Positions 1 to 5,985 of a stretch of 5,985 nt of DNA are shown here, in pieces (position 1 is the first letter of the stretch; every line of letters starts with the position of its first letter). The translations under genes were made by a program, and so were the position numbers. A model generated the notes under the pieces. It made no database searches. It saw only the letters and a list, made by a program, of their open reading frames with translations, and was not told the DNA's origin. The DNA lies in contig BAAFSQ010000458.1 in assembly GCA_054661495.1 (NCBI GenBank), forward strand, positions 1-5,985, in the 5' to 3' direction. Source of the DNA: Zygophlyctis sp. KS116 (Eukaryota > Fungi > Chytridiomycota).

Positions 1-77
1 AACCCTCAGCCTCATTTGGGTTTAACCCATAAAACCCAAAAAACCCAAAACCCTAAAACCCATTCGTGCCATCACTG
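1..77 (-). mobile_element. Possible terminus of a hAT-like DNA transposon/MITE (candidate TIR plus AACCC subterminal repeats), truncated by the window edge
   Basis: The minus strand from 77 reads CAGTGATGGCACGAATGGGTTTTAGGGTTTTGGG. AACCC occurs six times on + (1, 24, 33, 42, 49, 57) and once inverted (18-22). The layout resembles hAT ends, but the other TIR and the TSD partner are not visible. Confidence 0.35.
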
Positions 78-99
78 GCTAGGATGACGTGCATCATAT

Positions 100-483
100 T
101 TGTTTCACATCTCTACCATCAACAGTTGTCAAAATAAATTGATGTGAATTTATAGATTCCTTCTAGAATTGATATATTATTAGATTGATTATGGGTCAAC
201 TCCACTTTCTGAAACCAACAGCATCAGTAAAACCAACACAAGCTGCATGAGGCGTTGGTTGTTTTTATATTTGTATTCATCATAAATTTCATTTACTGCT
301 TAACATTGTTCCTAGTTATGATTTTAACTAAATCCAGAGTTAGATCGCAGTGGGAATTTAGATATGATATCAATCTCAACTTGCGATAAAGCTAGCGCGC
401 GAATGATTGTATTCATTAGCTATTTAAAAGTCTTTTCAATGATGGAGAAGAAAGTTTAGAAAAGCGGACAAGATCTCTTTCAT
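100..483 (-). pseudogene. Possible decayed gene fragment (weakly ankyrin-repeat-like), divergent from RPC19
   Basis: AAAAATG start context at 483 is followed by short stop/frameshift-broken peptides: MKEILSAFLNFLLHH*, MNTIIRALALSQVEIDIISK..., PHAACVGFTDAV, LLVSESGVDP*, NNISILEG. I found no clean intron solution. Confidence 0.2.
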
Positions 484-559
484 TTTTGTAAATTTAGAAA
501 AATTATCACTGGCGGACAGAGAATACCTGAAACATTGAGTCAGAAAGCCTGGACAGTAA

Positions 560-567
560 CCCTCGAC
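560..567 (+). promoter_or_regulatory. CCCTCGAC candidate core-promoter motif, 13 nt upstream of the RPC19 ATG
   Basis: The identical GC-rich 8-mer recurs at 1809-1816, 16 nt upstream of the ATP10 ATG. Confidence 0.4.
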
Positions 568-580
568 GGTTGTTGCAAAA

Positions 581-964
581 ATGTCAATGATTGAGCCTAA
601 TGCAGTCTCTTCTGGGTATCCAGAGACTTGTCAATTACAAAATGAAAAAGTAGTTGCATTATCAAATACAGAAAATTTGGATGCAGTCACTTTTTCAATA
701 AAAGATGAAGATCATACTATAGGAAATGCATTAAGATGGATCATCATGAAAAATCCCCATGTTTCATTTTGTGGATACTCTATTCCACATCCTTCAGAAT
801 TTAAAATCCATTTAAGAATCCAGACAAATGGTAACATTTTGAAATATTAAATCATAGGTACAATCACTGCTTATCAGGCTCTAGATAAAGGATTAACTGA
901 TTTAATGAGTCATGGACAAGATATCCAGTCTGCATTCTTTGAAGCATCTAAATCTAAATCTTAG
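581..964 (+). CDS. RPC19: RNA polymerase I/III shared subunit AC19 (RPAC2/POLR1D), 118 aa; exons 581-830 and 858-964
   Basis: Motifs [37 protein letters not shown] and IHLRIQT; CGYSIPHP is the AC19-type motif rather than RPB11-type. Removing the 27-nt intron restores the expected C-terminal helix [17 protein letters not shown]...SKSKS*, ending at TAG 962-964. Confidence 0.93.
831..857 (+). other. 27-nt spliceosomal intron (phase 1) in RPC19
   Basis: GTAACATTTTGAAATATTAAATCATAG; contains an in-frame TAA; removal restores the conserved C-terminus. Confidence 0.9.
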
Positions 965-1793
965 CCTTTATAGATTTTAAATAGTCTTGAAACTGATTCC
1001 ATACTTGCCTTCCATAGTTTAGATATAAAAATCCAGTCACTGCACCACCCAAATGAGCAGCATGATCAAAAAATCTCCATCCAAATAATAAACCTGCAGC
1101 ATCAAATGCCATTAAAATTGGAATAAAATCAGAAATATTTTGAGAAATTCCTGGAATAAATATAATTCCAATTTTAAGATGTGGAGCTACAATCGCTGTT
1201 CCTGCTAAAACTCCCCAAATTCCACCAGATGCACCTAGACTAGGAATTATTATCCTATATCTTGATAATAAAACCCCAGTTATATGAGATGCTAGAGAAG
1301 ATAATAAACATGCACCATTATAAAATGCAAAGGTTTGTTCCCAAGACATTCCAGACTGAAATTGTAAAACTGGTAAAAATCCATATAATGCATACATATT
1401 AAGTGAAAAATGTAATAGAGACTGATGACTATAACAAGACGTTAAATGTGTTAAAACTCTTCCTGATGCTGGATCATGAACAAAATAACGATGCATAAAA
1501 TTAGAATACCGAGGAATTTGCCATAGTCCAAATATAACTGCATTAACTCCAATTAAACCAATTGCCAACTTTTGCCCAAGACTCTGCTGATCCCAAATAT
1601 GTTTTAAATCTCTAGATATTTTTCCAAAAAAAGAATCATCCCTTTTCAAGTTTTGTAAAGCCAATCGTAGTCTCTGTTGCATTGACATTGTTGCCTGATA
1701 TTGTCTATTTTCTGATCGTACCAGCGACAATATTCCAAATGTCAGTCCAACGCTTCCAACAGTAAAAACTAAATGTTTAGTGATCTTGCGCAT
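954..1793 (-). CDS. PCP1: Mitochondrial rhomboid intramembrane serine protease (Pcp1/Rbd1/PARL family), 279 aa, apparently intronless
   Basis: YSHQSLLHFSLNMY (HxxxxHxxxN), catalytic Ser motif SLGASGG, catalytic His motif FDHAAHLGG, IGVNAVIFGLWQIP, several hydrophobic segments and an extra N-terminal TM segment as in PARL-type rhomboids. Confidence 0.9.
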   Translation of the reverse strand: MRKITKHLVFTVGSVGLTFGILSLVRSENRQYQATMSMQQRLRLALQNLKRDDSFFGKISRDLKHIWDQQSLGQKLAIGLIGVNAVIFGLWQIPRYSNFMHRYFVHDPASGRVLTHLTSCYSHQSLLHFSLNMYALYGFLPVLQFQSGMSWEQTFAFYNGACLLSSLASHITGVLLSRYRIIIPSLGASGGIWGVLAGTAIVAPHLKIGIIFIPGISQNISDFIPILMAFDAAGLLFGWRFFDHAAHLGGAVTGFLYLNYGRQVWNQFQDYLKSIKAKI

Positions 1794-1832
1794 TGATTTC
1801 CACCCCCGCCCTCGACATTTTTTAAGGCCGTT
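1794..1832. promoter_or_regulatory. 39-bp spacer between the divergent PCP1 and ATP10 start codons; probable bidirectional promoter
   Basis: Head-to-head ATGs at 1793 (-) and 1833 (+). The spacer contains GC-rich CCACCCCCGCCCTCGAC followed by an A/T tract. Confidence 0.6.
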
Positions 1833-2730
1833 ATGTACTCTACAAGGCTAGTATTCACTCGGCACTCTCTAACGTCTAATCTGATTCAGTCTTATTCTCA
1901 GAATGCATTCAATCATGAGAATAGAGAAAAACATGGCATTTGGAAGCGCATGAATCTGCGATTGGAAGACGCACAGAGATCTTTGGATGAAAAAAGGCAG
2001 TCGCTGGAAAAGGAAAAGACTGGAAGTAAACGATTGAGTCCGGACACTAAAAGGAAAATTGATGATTTCTTGGACAGTAAAAAACATTTGGATAAAAGAG
2101 AGGAATTAGTAAAACAGGCGTTTCAAGTTGGGTTTTTTGATGATGCTAAAGGTACTGTTGTAATATTTTTAAATTTAAGAAGTTGTTAAGAAGGGAGCAA
2201 AGTTGTGGGATGCTTCTAATAATGTTATTCCAGTATTGAAGGCTAACATGTTACCAACTTTAACAGGACAATCGTTGGATGGGGATAAAGTAGATCTGAT
2301 TCCTTTGGCTCAAAAATATAAAGTTTCATTGGTTACATGGGTTTTTTCGGCTTTTGGAGAGCCTCATGTAAAAAGTTTTGTTGATCCTTTTCAAGATCAA
2401 ATTGGATCTTTAGGAGATCAAGTTGGATTGATTCAGTTGAATATTGAAGAAAAAAGGATTAAAATGCCGTTTCTTTGGGCAATGAGACCTTGGATAAAGT
2501 CTCAGACTTTGCCAGATAGGAGAAAGAATTATATTACCTGCTTTAAAGATTTGGGAGGCTTAAAAAAAGATATTGGGATTACAAACTCAGTTTTAGGTTG
2601 GGTGACTCTTGTGGATCAATTTGGGCGAATTAGGTGGATAGCTCATGGTTTAGCGAAAAAGGAGGAGATTGAGGCTCTCATTAACTTATCAAATCATTTA
2701 CTGAAAGATTCAAATTATTCACAAAATTAA
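1833..2730 (+). CDS. ATP10: Mitochondrial ATP synthase Fo assembly factor Atp10, about 289 aa; exons 1833-2151 and 2180-2730
   Basis: The N-terminus is presequence-like (R/S/T-rich, no acidic residues early). The spliced junction reads GFFDDAKEVVKKGAKLWDA. The C-terminal part has PTLTGQSLDG and IGITNSVLGWVTLVDQFGRIRWIAHGLAKKEE, matching the Atp10 pattern. This joins track ORFs 1833-2189 and 2203-2730. Confidence 0.88.
2152..2179 (+). other. 28-nt intron (phase 1) in ATP10
   Basis: GTACTGTTGTAATATTTTTAAATTTAAG; the 3n+1 length exactly fixes the frame. An alternative AAG at 2182 would also be in frame. Confidence 0.85.
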
Positions 2731-5700
2731 AATACGTCTTTATAAAGCTGATAAATAGATTGGGTTGTTTCCATGATTATTTCTTCAAGAATATATAGAC
2801 TGATTTTTTCCTTGAGCTCAATATTCATTGTCTTTTCCAATGTTTTCCATGTCCTTTCTTCATCCTTGACTTCTTGTATTAAAAGAGAATCCAAGTTTTC
2901 ACCATTTTCAAGACTATACGTTAGGCAAGATAAGCAATAATCTAATGATTTTTTAACAATCATTTCTTTGGAAAGATCTTGTGGTCGTAAATATGCATGG
3001 CTCTGGCCTTGAGAAACCTTTTTATAGTAGTTGAGGTGGTGTAAAAATACATTATCCAATGACTCTTTGACCAAATCAAATAGCATATCGCATTCTTCTC
3101 TTCGTCGATTTGATGCATTTGATGGAATGAGTGAATGTATTATTTCTAGATTCAATGCAATCGGACAATCATAGGCTTCTGAAACTGATAATGATAAATC
3201 TAATATTTTTGTCATGATCTCCTTTGCAGTTTCTATTGGCATTTCATCTGAAAGTGTCCAGTGGTCTTTTGAAATCGCAGAATTTATTACGCCGCCACTC
3301 TTCTTTGGAGCTGAAACTCTCGAAGGCCCAGTTACTTTCTTCTCCTTAGTAATTGATACCGCATGAACAGTATCACACAAGTTAGCAAGAAGAGTAGCCC
3401 ATATGGCATCAGTTATCATATCAACTTGAGAAACAGTAGCTCCTGTTTTATCTAACTCTTCAGACTTCTCTATTATTTCTGCCTCGTCATTGATCTTTGA
3501 TACTACATCCGATATTTCTGATTGATCATTCAACTCTAATACTTCACTTTTTATTTCTGCTTCATCATTCAGCTCTATTACTGCACTTGATAGATCTGCC
3601 TCATCATTCATCTCTGATACTTGACTTCTTATGTTTGGCTCATCATTCATTTCTAATATTTCATGATCAATCGCCACTTGAGATTCTTCTTTAACATTCT
3701 TTAGTATTTCTTTATCAATCAATTCCTGATTTAAGTCTTCACCCATTTCTTCAATAATCGCCTCATCGATCGGCTCAAAATCTTCAGTGTATTGAGCTTC
3801 TATAGCGGAAATATCCATATCTTGAAGAGCGCGAGTATCGTTTGAAATAGTAGAAGGCGGCTTTCCATTATTACTAGATAAGGAAATATTTAGTTGGTCA
3901 TTTTCGTTAGGTACTACAATTGCCAAAGAAACATCCTCCTTGTATGAAGAAGCTTCTGAAATCTCCTCCGTGATTATCTCAGATATTTCAGAGTTTCTTG
4001 GTTCTTTGTCGTCATGCATTGTCGGATTGATTGTTGTATTAGAAATCACACCAGTGGAATTTTTTATCACAGTGGCGTTAAAAGCGGATTTGAGTGCATC
4101 GTTAGAGCTATCAGTTTCCTTTATGTACCGCGAGAGGTCATCAACAGCTCTAACCAAGATCTACATATTTATTTTGCCAAAAATAAATTACCTTTGATTC
4201 TTCTTTGAGACGGAACTCCTGCTTTCGCATATTTTCTGCCAGCCACAATTTACGCTTCTCATTTTCTTCATTTAGCTTCTTAATTTTTTCAGCTGCCTCC
4301 ATTACTTCTGCTAAAATATAACTGACAATCATACAATACCTGTTATTGGAGATGCCCTTAGCATATTGAGAATGGAAGCCTTTGTTTGTTTAAGATCAGT
4401 TGATATCTCAGAAATATCTTCAAACTCGTCATTTTCATAAAGATTTGTTTGGGTATTCTGCTCTTCCGCCTCTTCTTCGATTTCTTCGGCAATGTTTTCT
4501 TCTATATAATCTGATTGAAATGATTTCATTGTAGTATTCTTATTTGTAGGCTTATCATTCATATTTTGCAATACATCGCGTTGAAATTTCAGATTTGATT
4601 GAACGGGCACATTATTTAAGTCAGTTTGCTTTTTAGTGATCGGGACTATATTTTTAGACATTCCCAGGATGTTGCTAACTTTAGCAGAAATATCATCGTC
4701 ATTATAAAAATCTGGAAGATCTTCATCGATCGCATCAGTCGGTTTATCTGCTGCTAGTTTTGAGTTTCTATCTGACTTTTCTGATATATTCATAGAAGAT
4801 AGCTTTCCCAATACAGTTTCAATCGTCTAGTTTTTTCAGATCATATTTTGGCTTACCAAATTAACTTCTTCGGACCTATGACGAATCTTTTGCCGTTGCC
4901 GAAATATATCCTCCTTATCCGCGACTAATTTCATTTCTATAGCTTGCTCCTATACATGAATAATTAAAAATACATTTTCAAGAATCAATCGTCCTCGTTC
5001 TTTATCTTTTTTTCCGGCTCTTTTTCTTTCATGTTCATAAAACTTCTGTTCTTTTGTATAGCGAAAATCAACAGCACGCTCTCTCATATTCAGCCACACA
5101 AACTCCTGCTGAAAGAAAATCTTTGCCTGTAATTAGAATTTTAACGCTTCACCTGCTCCTTATAATCCAATATTTGTTTTATTGATCTTTCCATTAAATC
5201 AGAAGCAGCTAAAATTCGAAATTTGATTGCTTCAGTCATCAATGGTCGGGAGAAGCTTCCCACTTGGATGGCAGCCTTGTCACGATTAATACTGTATTCT
5301 GATAAAATAGATGAGTCAATACTCACGCCCGATACTTTAACATTTGATTCAGTCGAAATAGATTCAAAAGATGATTCATATTTTTTGTTTAAATCGACTG
5401 CATTACCCTACTATTAGTCAATTTTAAAGTACACTATTAATATCCAAATCAGCTTTGGTTTCACTAGCATCACCCTACTATAAGTCAATTTAAAAGATAC
5501 AATCTTAACATCAAAATTAGCTATGGTCTCACTTTCAGGAATTCTCTTTTCGATCATTTTCCTTAAATTTATCGTCTCCTCTTGTGCGATGGCGATTTTT
5601 CTGCCTTGAGCCATGGATTCCACTTGATTTAAAGATAATTCTATGACCTCTGATAACGATATTTCAGCATCATATCTATTCAATTAATATATCCAAAGAT

Positions 5701-5985
5701 TACTTTTCAACCAATGAACTTGGAGATAAGCGGTAACGTGGGTCCATTAAGCGTTTTTTAGAATCTGGTCTCCAAGCAAACCCAATATGCCCTTGAAAGT
5801 TAGAGAATTACAAGCTATACCTTTTGAGATCTTATCAGAAAAAGAGGAATTAGCGCTTGTCGAACATGTAGCTGCTGGCTCGTCATACAAATTTGATTTT
5901 AATTTTTCTTCAGCTATAATCTTTGAAGCAGTCAGTTCCACGTCACTTTCTCCTAGAGATGTGTTGTAATCATCCAAATCATCAT
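2727..5985 (-). CDS. CEP350: CEP350/CAP350-like centrosomal coiled-coil protein with DUF4378-like C-terminus, 5'-partial (1002 aa in window); exons 5985-5821, 5791-5704, 5675-5501, 5474-5433, 5407-5153, 5126-4974, 4949-4857, 4826-4340, 4310-4192, 4160-2727
   Basis: Nine GT-AG introns join the minus-strand track ORFs into one uninterrupted frame. Three blocks recall CEP350 in the right order: RLSPSSLVEKYDAEISLSEVIELSLNQVESMAQGRKIAIAQEETINL; WLNMRERA...AIEMKLVADKEDIFRQ; and C-terminal LDSLLIQEVKDEERTW...LKEKISLYILEEIIMET. The frame is open to the window edge. The gene structure is firmer than the name. Confidence 0.72.
3468..3662 (-). repeat. Five degenerate 39-bp (13-aa) coding tandem repeats
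   Basis: EILEMNDEPNIRS / QVSEMNDEADLSS / AVIELNDEAEIKS / EVLELNDQSEISD / VVSKINDEAEIIE. Confidence 0.85.
4161..4191 (-). other. 31-nt intron (phase 0)
   Basis: GTAATTTATTTTTGGCAAAATAAATATGTAG; joins EESK to ILVRAVDD. Confidence 0.85.
4311..4339 (-). other. 29-nt intron (phase 1)
   Basis: GTATTGTATGATTGTCAGTTATATTTTAG; joins SPIT to AEVMEAA; TAGCAG tandem acceptor. Confidence 0.82.
4827..4856 (-). other. 30-nt intron (phase 0)
   Basis: GTAAGCCAAAATATGATCTGAAAAAACTAG; contains in-frame TGA and TAG; joins EEVNL to TIETVLGK. Confidence 0.85.
4950..4973 (-). other. 24-nt intron (phase 0), the shortest in the window
   Basis: GTATTTTTAATTATTCATGTATAG; the terminal TAG is an in-frame stop; joins LILEN to EQAIEMKL. 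Confidence 0.8.
5127..5152 (-). other. 26-nt intron (phase 0)
   Basis: GTGAAGCGTTAAAATTCTAATTACAG with a CTAAT branch-like motif; joins YKEQ to AKIFFQQE. Confidence 0.82.
5408..5432 (-). other. 25-nt intron (phase 0), duplicate copy
   Basis: GTACTTTAAAATTGACTAATAGTAG; only the distal AG keeps the frame open. Confidence 0.75.
5475..5500 (-). other. 26-nt intron (phase 0), duplicate copy
   Basis: GTATCTTTTAAATTGACTTATAGTAG; only the distal AG keeps the frame open. Confidence 0.75.
5676..5703 (-). other. 28-nt intron (phase 2)
   Basis: GTAATCTTTGGATATATTAATTGAATAG; joins SLVEK to YDAEIS within a CEP350-like block. Confidence 0.85.
5792..5820 (-). other. 29-nt intron (phase 1)
   Basis: GTATAGCTTGTAATTCTCTAACTTTCAAG with a CTAAC branch point; shifts the frame into GHIGFAWRPD...RLSP. 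Confidence 0.82.

Larger units (their letters stand above)
5399..5533 (-). repeat. Two-unit tandem duplication (68 + 67 bp), each unit being exon-intron-exon
   Basis: Unit 1 (5533-5466) and unit 2 (5465-5399) match at 56 of 68 positions by manual alignment. They encode SETIANFDVKI^GDA and SETKADLDINS^GNA. Confidence 0.9.

Noticed and set aside
1-61. True telomeric (CCCTAA)n array
   Set aside because: There is only one exact CCCTAA; the units are irregular and include an inverted copy. Kept only as an alternative to the transposon-end reading.
231-266. Hairpin AACCAAC...GTTGGTT followed by a T-run, resembling an intrinsic terminator
   Set aside because: The stem is only 7 bp with a 16-nt loop, and the context is eukaryotic; no support for a function.
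71-513. ATCACTGGC direct repeat at 71-79 and 505-513 as a possible TSD
   Set aside because: No terminal inverted repeats lie inside the pair, and a single 9-mer match can arise by chance.
581-964. RPB11 or archaeal RpoL identity
   Set aside because: CGYSIPHP is the AC19 signature, and a spliceosomal intron argues against an archaeal source.
1869-2087. 72-aa minus-strand ORF
   Set aside because: Antisense shadow of ATP10 exon 1 with no recognisable motif.
3497-4208. Plus-strand ORFs 3497-3694, 3940-4197 and 4014-4208
   Set aside because: Antisense to the CEP350-like exon; the His/Leu periodicity of the first simply mirrors the 39-bp repeat.
5299-5326. Candidate 28-nt intron GTGAGTATTGACTCATCTATTTTATCAG (minus strand)
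   Set aside because: The frame is already open through it, and splicing it would shift the frame to a TGA about 20 codons later. It could only be a non-productive cryptic intron.
831-5820. Stop-codon reassignment, programmed frameshifting or pseudogenisation as the cause of the fragmented ORFs
   Set aside because: Every break is explained by an AT-rich GT-AG segment of similar size, and TAA/TAG end the genes at the expected C-termini.
5223-5969. Plus-strand ORFs 5223-5417 and 5787-5969
   Set aside because: Antisense to exons of the CEP350-like gene, with no independent evidence.

Overview
AT-rich, extremely compact eukaryotic nuclear DNA read with the standard genetic code. It is most likely from a zoosporic fungus (chytrid-like); this is an inference from fungal-type ATP10/Pcp1 alongside a centriolar CEP350-like gene. 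The fragmented ORF track resolves into four genes once eleven tiny GT-AG introns (24-31 nt) are spliced out: RPC19/POLR1D (+, 581-964), mitochondrial rhomboid PCP1/PARL (-, 954-1793), ATP10 (+, 1833-2730) and a CEP350-like gene (-, 2727 to beyond 5985, 10 exons in the window). Both convergent gene pairs overlap at their 3' ends, and the divergent pair is separated by only 39 bp. The most notable features are the micro-introns, a 68/67-bp tandem duplication that copied a whole intron with a stop-generating TAGTAG acceptor, a shared CCCTCGAC upstream motif, and a possible hAT-like transposon end at 1-77. I saw no prokaryotic system, CRISPR array or RNA gene. Gene identities come from recognising motifs by eye, not from database searches.
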